Program-made: the position numbers and the translations under genes | Part shown: positions 32,201 through 44,800 of the stretch, piece by piece | Numbering within the stretch: the first letter of the stretch is position 1 | Layout of the letters: each line of letters starts with the position of its first letter | The notes under the pieces: model-generated | Told to the model about the DNA's origin: nothing | The model's database searches: none | The model's input: the letters and a program-made list of their open reading frames with translations, nothing else | Source: Tubiluchus corallicola | Taxonomy: Eukaryota; Animalia; Priapulida | Length of the DNA stretch: 64,000 nt | Direction: 5' to 3' | Assembly: GCA_030141605.1 (NCBI GenBank) | Contig: JAQGDQ010000192.1 | Coordinates: forward strand, 248,001 to 312,000

Positions 32201-34565
32201 CTTGAATCTTCTGTTAAATCTTCTCCATCTTTAAAAATAGAACTAAAAAAACATCGTACTGAAATAATCTTAAAATATTAATGAACATTAAGTCTTTTTT
32301 AAATTGATTTTTGTTATATTTATTAATAATCATCTTAAGCTATAATTTGATTGATAATTCTATGCTCGTTAATTATTTTTCATCCTGATCATTATGTTTG
32401 TTAATATTTCCAGATGCTTAAGATTTGAGATAAAATACTGAAAATGACCTCATGGAATTACGTTATACTTGGATGGTTATTCAGTTTGCAGATGTGAATT
32501 TAGTGAAACACTTATAGTCAAACCTGTGGTAAGTGGTGCATGCCCTCGCTATGCTTATGGCTGCATGTGGCCAGTATCAGTTAACAGTTATGCTACATGG
32601 CAAAATATTGATTAATTTTTAATTTGTAATTTAAAATTATTTTCACATATTACTGACTAATCCAGCAATGCAAGTATAACATATGCATGTACTACTAACT
32701 AACAACTGCTGCTATACAAAAATAATGCTTTAGATAAAATGTAATAATTTAATTTACAATTACATTATAGTTTAATTTACATAGCTCACAGTACTAATCT
32801 AAGTAGAGCTTTGTTATTAAATTAGTAGAAGGGTGGTAGACTTGATGACCTTACGGTCTTTTCGCCACCCTGTCTCTCTTAGCTGTCACATCATTTGTTA
32901 ATGCTATGTTGATTATGTTATTGAGACAAATAAATTATTCTGCATCTGTATCTGTTCTGTATCTGTACCTGTCAAAGACCCACCGGCGGTCAAAAGACCA
33001 CCAGATAAAAAACCACTGGTTAACGAGTCTCAAGAAAAGACGAAGGAACACCGGTAGAAAGACTACCAAATGAAAATTAGCAGACTAAGCAAAAGTGAAT
33101 CGAAAAACTATTGAAATACATTTTGCTTTGTGGAAATAATTATATTATCTGCATAGGTTAAAGTTAAACTGTAAATGTCTGCATTACTTATTTGCCAGCG
33201 CCTTCTACTCACTAGGCCAAAAATACTGTTCTCATGAATTGAATAATGACGAATAATGGGGCTATAAATTATGAAAAAGAAAATTAAAAAGGAATTTTAA
33301 AAATTTAAATTAAAATTTTTGAAAAGTTAAAATGTATAACTTTAACTAGTATATTTTTAAGATTAACTTTATTAGGTTTAATATAACAGTTTAGAAATTG
33401 CATCTTATATTTACAGCTGTAACAGCTAACCGAAACGTCTACTTTTAATAAAGATGATTTTTGTTACAACGTTTGACTTCACTGACAGTTAACTGGAAAA
33501 TACTCATTCAAAAATAGTTCATCTTTTTTGTGACTTGGAGCTAGGGGCACAAGCCCAACGTTCCATTTGATGTATAACATGTAACAAGTGATTTTGGTAA
33601 TCCATATAAAAATGAAGTCGGTAGTACTCAGTAAAGTTTGTTTTTGTAAGAACGACACACCTGAATGATGTAATGATTGCAATGATGGGGTTGAAATTAT
33701 TGCATTATTTTGGAACCTAACGCTAGTAGACACTAATTGAGATCAGACAGAAGTAGAAATACGTTTCCTGCCTTTCTTATAACGATCAACGAACATTAAA
33801 ACATTTCCAAATGATGACAAATGACATATAATTTTCTTTTTTTAGAATCCAGAAACCCGAGCAGCACCATGCTAATCATGTAATTATTCGCAGGTAGTAG
33901 TTTTGTTTGAACATATATTAAACCTACGAAAACTTGTAAAGCTAGCGACTATAATTAGGCGAGCGAGCACCATCTTTTAACAAAACGTACGTAGTTTTAT
34001 ATTTAAAGCTCTCCCGAAAAACTCCATCCTCCTGCCTACTTCACAAAAACAACTTTTCTTCAATATTTTTAAAGCAACTGTTTTGTTTTTTATCTGTTGG
34101 TCTTCTGCATTTGCTAGTATTTTACCTGTTAGCCTTGTGTCCAGCTGAGTGTTTTAACCATTCTTATACAGCTATCAACTTCTTAAGGTATGCTCGAAAT
34201 AAATTTTAAATAAAAATAAAATGAAAAGTGCAAGACATTTATCAATTATTATGTATTATTTTCGCCAGAAGTGATCAGTCGCACTTTATTAAATAAAATA
34301 TTAAGGGTAGGTAAGTGAAAGTAAATAAAAGCAATTTCACCCAAGTTGTTGTCAGCACATCCTCTGGTGGTCATTTTCCACTCGCCTACCTGTCACCCGC
34401 CATCCTTTGACCGTCTTTAAAGTAGTAAAAGTGGTCCTTCGTTCGGTGGTCCTTTGTCATGTAGTCCTTCGTTCGGTGGTCCTTTGTTAGGGGTGGTCTT
34501 TGTCAAGTGTCCTTTGTCCGATGGTCTTTTGACCGATGGTCCTTTGTCTGTTGGTGTCTTGGGCC
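29300..34565. mobile_element. Foldback-like element with ~15-bp GACAAAGGACCACC arrays; left array split by the LINE
   Basis: Forward units at 29302-29356 resume at 32968-33020; inverted units at 34365-34565. Confidence 0.6.
29355..32972 (+). mobile_element. 5'-truncated, decayed CR1/L2-clade LINE (APE endonuclease plus reverse transcriptase)
   Basis: APE motifs (HMNVSSL, GGVALYV, ICGDFNINL, TLIDH, SDHLP) and RT motifs (NYRPISML, QIGFR, FFDLSKAFDTV, GVPQGS, LFADDT). Frameshifts near 29770, 31270 and 32020. 3' stem-loop near 32830-32872, AATAAA and a (TCTGTA)n-like tail. Confidence 0.93.
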
Positions 34566-35229
34566 TCGTCTTAGTGTTTTGTTGTACAATTTTAAACATA
34601 ATCAACCTTTTGTTTATGTTTGCGCTTTAAGGACTTGGTGCTAAAAATGCCCATGTTTTTCTCACGCAATAATATCGTTTAAATTTGACAAGTCTTAGAT
34701 ATGTGTGGTCACTTTGTACTTCTTAGGTCTAATACGGTCACCACAACTAATAAGAGAGCTTGCGCTCTGGAGGATGCATTTAAGCTACTGAGCTGTGATT
34801 GCTCGGTTCACATCCAAGACGCAAAACATTGTTATCGCTCTTCAGACCACCCACTATATAGCTAAATGAAGTTCATCGCCTTGGGTGCAAAGTAACTCAA
34901 GTTATTCGCACATTATCGTCCCCACCAACGGAGCGTCATTAGTAAGTATTTACGGAAGAGAGAAACCTTAGATTTGCCGTGTTTACAAATATAAATCAGT
35001 TCGGAATTCGGTACAAGTGAATAATTGTCTGAGATGCCAATCATTCAGAAAATACAACGTAAACAAACAATCTATCAACATTAATAATGGCAGTCTTTAT
35101 GGCGAAAATTGCTCATTTAAATTCAAAACAAACAAAAATAACTGCACACTAATATGACACTACGTGAAGAAGGCGTGCATTAGTGATTATTAGAGGGTAG
35201 GTAGTATTAATCGCAGACAGCTCCATATA

Positions 35230-35449
<220 letters not shown>

Positions 35450-38400
35450 AATATATAGAGAGGAAACCTGTCTTATCGCATCATTAACGATGTAATTGTT
35501 TAATGAATAGGCCTGGTATAAAGTCCAAGGCAAGTCCATTCTTTGGGAAAAACCTGACGGCCGTGAAAGCTGACAGAGCGGGTTTTTCCCCACGTTAAGA
35601 GGCAAAGCTATCTCTTAACTTTACATGTACTAACTGTAATTAAAGGGAAGCTGGTTTTTCCCCACGTATGGGAGCCGGTTTTCTCATGTAATAAAGACAC
35701 CAAGTGTGTCGAGGGTAAAAAACTATGATGATACATTGAATTGTTAATTTCGTGACGTTGACAAACACTATTCTGTTTTATTTACAGGTCATGTCTCGAA
35801 GTTATTATGTTGTTATGTTATGTCGTTAATTATGAAGTGATAATGTAAATAAGTACATCATGATGTTTTAACTCATTTGTTTATTGCTTTCATTTACATT
35901 AATAATATACTTTTCGAGCACAAATTTTAGATAAAACATTTAGTTTGATACATCGACCCTCTTAACTTTTCTGAGCTAAGCACGAAATAAGCGAGATTTA
36001 TGAACCAAAATAAATTCCCCGTTCACGACATGATACCAGATTTTACTCTTGTTCTCGAAAAATGACGTGTTTGCTTGACGAATGGAAATCGATGGCATAA
36101 AATTTAGCACATAAAATGTGTACCAAAAAGACAGAGAATAAGTAATTTAAAATACTGATATTATAATTCTTATTTGTAATATGGAGTGGAAAACAGAATC
36201 AGATATTATTAGCTCACTGCGAAATCAGGCATGGGCGTAATGGACGGTATGCACTTTAAAAATTTTCTTAAAAGCTTTTTCGTATTCACATTATATTGCG
36301 AGGAAACGTATTAATATACATATTTGAAGAGCAGGCTGCGAATCATAATTATATCGTTTAGTGCTACCTGCCGCCCAACGCCTCATATTTTATCACATAG
36401 ATTAAACAATTCCACTAAAAAGCGAAAAAAATCAGGAAGGTCTTAAACCAGGTCAAATTTCAGCGTACGTTGTAGATTACAAATCTCGATGAATTATTTA
36501 TGAAGTCTTATGTTAGACTCTGTCCTATGATAATGTCCAATTTTTACTATGGATAGATATCGAAAAAAAGCTATCAAGATAAAAAATGATTTCAATTTAA
36601 AATAACTAAACTTCGCGGTAATGCTCATATTGCTGTTTGTTTCAGTTTTCCTCCTCTAATTCAACTGTTCTCAGAATGGTCTGTCTGCAGTTCAACATGT
36701 GACTACTGAGATCAAAACAGGCGAGTCATTCCTTTAATACCTATCTACCTATTTAACTAAAATTCAATTTCCAGTTGTTTAATTGAAATCGCTCTCTTGT
36801 GACGCCACGGAAAAGTGGAAGTACCTGAGTTGGTATTTGGTCCTGTTCCAAGGCTTCTAAGACTACAGCATGACTCTAATTAGTAATGCTCATGTTGAAA
36901 TGCTGAGCCATTTGGACTGGTCATCTATTAAAAAATGAACGAAAGTTTCCTGTCAAATATTATTTTATGTGGACAGCTTTGCTCGGGATATCGACGAAGG
37001 AAAGATCAGAAACTACATTACTCAAGGCTGAACAATGGTACAGACAGATCAGTGAATTATGGAACCGTATAGTTCCCGCGATACACTGCTTTGAGTACAA
37101 AGGCATGGAGGCTTGATGATCAGGCAACACCAAGGCAAGCGTTCACAATGTAAAAGAAGATAGAACACAGCGTTATGTCGTGGAAAATTGACGATATATG
37201 TTTATGTTACTCTATTATGTGACTCTATTGCGAGCAATTGACAATCTATTTAAGTCGTTCAGCTACAATAGAAACTAAAAAAGTGGTCTGTCATAAAGTT
37301 TATGTCAAGAGGTTAGGTTAGAAAGTATCAGTTAATTTTTTTAGTTACTGTAACTAAAGAGAAAAATTGCTTAAAGCGAAAATTAGGTTTCTGCCCTAAT
37401 GCGATGGTCATGCGGCGAAAAGTGTTTTCAGTCACAACTCTTGAACGCTGATTTTCAAAGAAATTAAAAAAATGTTTCGCAAAGAAACGAGGTAAAACGG
37501 ACAAAATGTAGATATAGCTAAGAAAGTCACACGTTATTAAGAGTGCTTCTATTGTATCTATTGACAACATATTTTATCTATGACTTTATATAACAGTGCA
37601 TTTGCTGTTAGATTAACGCGACAAATTTAAATGAATTGGACATATAGTTTTATTTTTTCTCTCTAATGGTTTCTAATGCATTTATAGCATCTAAATGCAA
37701 AGTGCGTGAGTTGTTAACAAACATGCCAACAAGCATGTGTATTAGCTGAGACTTGAAAATTTTGAAGTCTTTAAAAAGGACGTGAGATCTTCTAATATTT
37801 ATCCATAATTTCATAAACGATTTCGTTGGTTTGCATCCAGCTTAAAATGGTTAGATACCTAATTGTAGATTACCTTTTCCGAATGTGTCTGCCACTTCAT
37901 ATTTCTTCAGATGTAGGTTGTAACAAAATTCATTGCTCGACCGTTGATAGCCAATGTTAGCTCTGAGTATTTTATTTCACTATTTCGTTTATTGGGTTGC
38001 AGTGACGCATTCGAGAACTGGCGAATAATTGCAATCTGTTATCTTTTCAAAACGCGTTTACTTTTTAATATCGAATACCTAAGTTAATATTAATAGATCA
38101 TTAAAATTAGATATACCACAATCATTGTCGTTTCTGAGCTAGCGGTAACATGTGATATGATCATAGATATTCTTGTAAGATGTAACGTTTGTTTACAGCT
38201 GTGTTTGAGTAAATAAAAAACTTGGATAGGGAATTCAGACACTCACATTCTATGAAAAGCTAAAGGTGTTGCGGAAAAGTGGTATTTTGGCTTATCTGTG
38301 TTTTGCATTTATTACCGATATAAGCTTTAATTAGCTTTTAATGTTTGCTAATATTTTACAAATAATTGCCTGATAAAGCCAGTTTTCATTGAATTTGATT

Positions 38401-38718
38401 CAATGTTTTCCTTTTAATGGCTCTTCTTAATTTGTGCTAATAATTTACAAGAACTGACTAACGCCAGCTTTGGGCGTTGGTTTGATAAATGCACGCAAAA
38501 ATGTCCTACTATTACGATAGTATTATGGTAATTTAAAGCTAATCGTTTGCTGCGTCGGCGAACGAATCTATCAGATCTGGTAATAAGCCAGGCTTACAAA
38601 ACTGCGCTGCATTGCGTTCGTATTAATGCGCACTCAATCTCGCTACCTGAGCTGTTGGGAATAACGTTTGATAGAGCTCCAAATCTAAAAACTGCAAGTA
38701 CAAGGTGAAACTTACACG

Positions 38719-38803
38719 ATGAAACCGACTGAGATAGCTCAGTGCATTTTTTGTTTGTTGTGTGTTTTTTGTTTAATAACTGGGACATCTTCACAAGAAC
38801 ATG
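38719..38803 (+). CDS. Signal-peptide exon of the peptide-precursor gene (MKPTEIAQCIFCLLCVFCLITGTSSQEH)
   Basis: ATG, hydrophobic core, T-S-S/Q cleavage-like site, G|GTAAGA phase-1 donor matching the acceptor at 46113. Confidence 0.72.
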
Positions 38804-41800
38804 GTAAGATATTTTTCAAAATTGATTAGTATAGTTTTTATGGGAACAGATACGAATTAATAAACAAACTACAGTAAGCTTAAATTGTTACTTTCATGTC
38901 TCTGTTGTTGTTATTAAAGCCTGAAGAAGTTATCATAGGCAGACAACCCCGGAATTTATTTATGATTTTTACTTGTTATCGTTTTGAAAAACCATTGTGC
39001 TAAGAAGTCATGACAAAATCTGTACTTTTAGCAATAAACAATCCAGGTGTAGTGTATCAACTCTATTTAAAATATAATATGATAAAATTACGATAAAAAT
39101 AAACTAATTTTGCATTCTTTGTAATTGTATTTCATCTAGAAATAGATTTGTATGTACCCAGGAGAGGACATAAGTATGTGTTAAACTGTAGTGTTTCTTC
39201 ACAAATGCATTGGTTTTCGAGAAACTTATCAGTTTATAAACAACTCGATTTCTTACCCAGTTTACAAATTAACGTTGTTAATTTCGTGTTTCCAGTTGAA
39301 AAAGTTCATTAGAAATATGCCTAGATGTTTAACATAAGACTTTTTGCCGATCTTATCATTATCATTCATAATTAGCCCAAAACTGGATTTTTATTTTCAT
39401 TTAAGAAGAACAGAGTCATGTTTTTAGATATTCAACGAAATTTTATTCACTGCCAGCCACACGTTTACATTCATTAATCCCTCGTTCATTATTTTTCCTA
39501 GATTATTAAGGTCTCTAGGAAAATATTGGCATCGTCAGCAAACAAATGAAACATTAATTTATTTGAACAAAGATCATTTATGTACGGCAATAATAACAGG
39601 GGACTCCAGGACCTGTATCGACATTTTAGCTGAATAAAAAATGTCGTCAATAAAGTCGAAAGAGATAAACAGTCGAGATAATAAAGTTGACCACAAGTGA
39701 CAAATACGAGAAGAATTTAAAACAAAGTTCGCAACATTGCGGACAAATTGTCAATTCTAGAGATTCTTGTATCGTGAAAGTATAATATACAATTACAATT
39801 AATTTGCCTTGCAAAGGTCATACTTTAGACTCAGTATTTACCAAGCCGGCAGTGAACACGTCGTGTAGCTGTAAAAATATAAGCAGATAGACGGATGGAT
39901 AGATGGATGAACGGAACAACCGACCCACCAACTAGCGGGCAGAGAGCCAGACAGATAGACAAAAAGATAGCTAGAAAGACTAACTTACTGAATGAACAAA
40001 GGAACAAATAAATGAACGAATGAATGAATGAACGAGCAAATAAACGAACGAATAAATGAATGAATGAGTGAATAAATGAGAAAGAGGTAGGCAGGCAGAC
40101 TGCCAGACAAACAAATATTTTAGATTTTTATCAATACAGAACTTGCAAAATAGAACAGCAAAAAAGTTATTTATTACTACCATTTACAAAAGCCATCATG
40201 TAAACGTAGTAATTTTTAGCAGAAAATTATGATTTTTTATGGCACTTTTAGGTTTATTATACGCTTTTGTCGCTGTTGTTACTCGTTAACCACGGCATTT
40301 TGTCTTATTCGATTACTTAAATTACTTTAATTTAATGCAGTGCCCTTGAAATTTTTTGCCAAAGTTTAAACCTGTGATTCGTCGTTACTTTCGTTTTGCA
40401 TGTATTTACAAGTAAACGGTGTAGAGGAACAGTTTCTTGAAGCCTGAGGAGCCGACGTGTCTACTTATATAGCTAATATGCAGATGTCAGCTGCATGTGT
40501 TATATGGTATCGTATAAATCCTACAATGTGTGGTTTTAATTCTAAAAGTAATTAACTTGCTAACCCTTGAATTAGAGCTTACTGATTATACAGTCATGTG
40601 GCAGGCTAAATCATTGATTTCTCATGAACTAGCACTTTTTTATTTATTATTTATATTTATTCGTACACAATTTAATCTATTATTATTACAGTGCGCATGG
40701 TTTTTAAGTATTAGATCTTATAATCACTTAATCAGGCTTAATCACCAGGCACATGTAATAACACGGATAGGTCTGAGAGTATCTCGTTTTGAAGCATCAA
40801 ACTAGCAATGGTCTTCTTAAAGTATAGATTGTGACTTATTGCTTATACGATATGTTTGTATAACATGTGGTTTCTATAACCATCAGTAATTTCTTTGAAG
40901 TTAATTGACCAACGACGCTCCTCTTGTATGAAACTCTTGCTCAGTAATTTAAGTTTTTTGGTCCAATTTTGAAAGTTTTCGCTATTGTTTTCTGCTATCT
41001 TGCTGACTCTAGAGCAGGTGTAAAGTCAGCCTGAAAAGAGCATGAAATTGTGTAAACTAAAATTACTGCGCTCTGAAACCAAGGTGATACCACTGAAATT
41101 CTCATGAATCATAAAATCGGGAGCGAAATTGCAATTGGTTTTCTGTTATAATTATTAATAATTTTTAAGAAAATCATTGAAACTAATGAGGGACTTTTGA
41201 AATACCCTATGTTTTTTAACTTTAAATTTATTGATACACCACTTTATTGGTGCTAAAAATTTTGTAGTAAGTAATTGTGCATGTGTTTTATTAGTTGTTA
41301 ACAATATGTTTATCTGAAATATACTACTTTTTACCTACTAACAATCATGGACCATCATGGACCAGTAACTTTCAAAGCTATTCATAGTGTATCTATGTAG
41401 AATACAAATTCTTATTGTTATTCTTGTGCAGATTCAATTTTTGCATCATTAAGTATGGCGATTTTGTTTATATTAATTGGATTAGCATGTTCCCAATTGC
41501 ATTTTTCTTTTTTTGACATATGCTGCTCGTAATAACGCATTATCCTTACAAATAGAAAATTTTTCTATGAATCAAAACACTAAAAAAGCAGCGCAAAAGT
41601 TGCAAATGAGAACCTTAGTTTTTGAGAAACAATGTGTCAAAAGTCTATTAGAACTTAAAGTTTTTACGAAATTAGCCTACCTTTCTTTATTATCGAGTGC
41701 TGACTGAAAGCCATCAGGAGATCATTTATTTTTAAATAAAACAGCATACGTGTCCTGAATTTATGGTTTTTCCAGCTCAAACTACTATTATAATGTACAT

Positions 41801-44800
41801 TTCACCATAAAACCGAAAGCAGCTAATGTTCAGGCTCTATAAATAAAATTACGGTTCATTATTTTTCCAAGACTTATGCATAAAAACTTTATTAACGCTA
41901 TCTCATTAACTATTCTACACTTGTGACGTGCAGAATTTTAAAAAGCAAAATACTAGATGCGAGAAATAGAGAAAAATAATACTGCAGTGAAAAAGATCCA
42001 AAACTTTAATTTTAAGTTAGAAGCCAGAGTAAGATAGTGACGGTAAGTGTCAGTTATGCAGGTCACACTGTACAGATTTGGCATAATAACCTGTAATAAA
42101 ATTTAGTAACTGTAATATCCTCTCTGAATGACAAAAAATAAACAAATTTTAACCATTCTTTCATATAGGAACAAAAAATACTCACCAGCACTATGCCCTG
42201 CATTTTAATTATCAAAAGGATTTTGACATTTTGCGTTTGACATTATACATTTTTGTAAGGGCATCGAACACCTACAATTACAAATACTGTTCCGAATGCA
42301 AAATGTGGAGAAACTCGTATTAAAGATAATACAAGTAATATCTGGAAAGTAACACAGTGACATTTGGAACTACGAACAGTGCATAAAGCAAAACTAGAAT
42401 GTGCAACAAAACAAATTCAGCTTTAAAAACTTTTTTAAAATTTAAATCAGATTTTAATTTTATATATTCTAACTTATCTGATTTCAATACTAAGGTATTC
42501 TGAATAAAAATTGACCAATGGATTTCACATTTTTTTCAAAGCCAAACAATAGCTTTCATGTGCCGTTTTAGCTTCTTTAGTAAGCTCATGATTCTTGCCT
42601 ACATATTTATAATACTCCTTGAACACATCATTGAGAACCTTACTTACTTCTTTTATGATAACTTCACTTAATGGCGTAGGTATTTCTTGAGCTATTTCCG
42701 CATGCCTGACGAGAAAGGCAAAGTGATAATCGTCTTTGGCAAACGATTTTAAAGAGCCTTTCGCTTTTAGGTCTTTCGCTCTCAGTTCCATTAGCAACTG
42801 AGCAGCAGCAGCATTCATATAACTTGACTCCCGTTCCAATGACAGATCACTTAGATCTGGCACTCCATTTTCGCTAAATGTGAACTGCGTAATCGTATCT
42901 TCACCATACGTATCAAGCTTTTTTGTAGGCTCCTCAATTGGAGTTATACTCTTGAGCTTTTGACGTTTAAAAGCTTTGGCATGACTGTCATCTACCAGGG
43001 TGTCACTGATCATTGTCTGCGACGTCCCTGTGCCTTTTCTGACCACTGCAGCTGCTTGCAGATCTTTTAGGGTATAAACACGTGGTGAGCCGGGTGGTTC
43101 CTTGCCCAATGGTCTCTCCGTTTCACTGATGGTGCCTTGCCTCGTACTTATATCCTGTTTTCCTACTTGCACAGCATCAATAGGCATTTGAGTATACCGC
43201 CCATTTCTATTAATTTCTGGCAACAATTGAGCTGCTGCAGTTTTTTCTCCCGCTTTCGTGTTTACCAAGGTTATTTTTGGTACTTTTGCCACATCTCGCT
43301 GTTTCGGCTCTATTTCATCAGATTTACTTCGCGGCATTTTATATTTAGTTTTCAACAACTTTTCACCACTACCACTGTCTGCGTCCTGTCGTTTCTTGTT
43401 GAAAATGCTTTGCAGGCTCGAGGCTTATATAAAGTTTCGAATAAGACTGTGAGAAATTACTGATATTAATCCAATCTGTAAGCTGAAAATCCTCGGGATT
43501 GTTCCATTGAATAATGTGCGAAATGTTAGCCACCAAAGAAGATGTTAATTTATTACAGCGCTTATATGGCGTGTATTGATACTAAACAAGTCTTATTTAA
43601 AATAATATTTTATACCAACTGACCGTCTGAGTCTTTTATTGGAACACGTGGATTAAGTATTCGGCACCTGCAAACATTGTTAAACAATACCAAAAGATGG
43701 AATGGCTCAACAATAAATTCTAGTTTGACAACAATCACCAACGTCGGGTATTGTAGTAAAATACTGAACGATAAGTTCAGTAGTAGTAGTAAGTCTGGTA
43801 CAGGTAAATTTGCTCCTGATAATTTCTGGTACACAGAAATTTTAGCACTGGGAAAATTGGGCATAGGAACAAGTGGATCCGGTACAAGGTAAAAATAGTG
43901 CGAAAGGCGTTTCGTGCTAGGAAAGTTTAGTGCTGGAAAAGTTTGGTACTAGGAAAGTTTAGTGCTGTTAAAGTCTGGCACTATGAAAATTTGATACAAA
44001 GAAAATTTGGTGCAAGAAAAGTTTGGTACTACGAAAATATCTTTTATATAACCCACTGGTAAAAGTTAAAGAAGTTCATTGCTGTATTTGTTTCTATTTG
44101 TTTTTTTTTGTTCATGTCCTTGTTTGTTTGTTGTTTGCTATTTCATTCAACGTCATTGTTGTTGTTGTTTGTCTGTTTCTTGCTCGCTTCATGGTTGTGA
44201 TCATCATCGTCGTCGTCATCATCATCTTAATGATTAGTCACCTTTGTTACTTTTGTCAATATGTTGCTGTTGCTGTTGCCATTGGGCATTACCATTATTG
44301 TTGTTGTTGTCTTTTTGCTGTTATTATTGTTGTCGCTGTTATTGTCGATGTCGTCGATGTTGTTGTTACTATTGTTGTTGTTGCTGATTATGATGTTGTA
44401 GTTTGTTTATTTGTTTGTTTGTTTCTTGCATGCTGTTTTTGTATCATCTTCAGCATCATCATCGTCATCATTGCAGTCGTCATGTTACATTTGTTTTTTC
44501 ATTGCTGTTGCTTTTGAAAATTATTTTGAAATGAGACTTAGAAATGTTCCTTCCTGTTTTGTACCAAATTTTTCAGTCCCAAACTTTCCTAGTACGAAAT
44601 TTTTCCACTACCATTTTTTTCTTAGTGCCAAAATTTCCATACACTTTCTTAATACTAAACATTTCTAGTACAATATTTTCTTTCTACCAAATATTCCCTA
44701 TAATAGATTTTCCTAGTACCGAAAATTCCTTGGACCTAAAAATCATAGTACCAAATTTACCTGTGCTCCTAGAATTAGTATACTGCTAATTTTAACAAAC

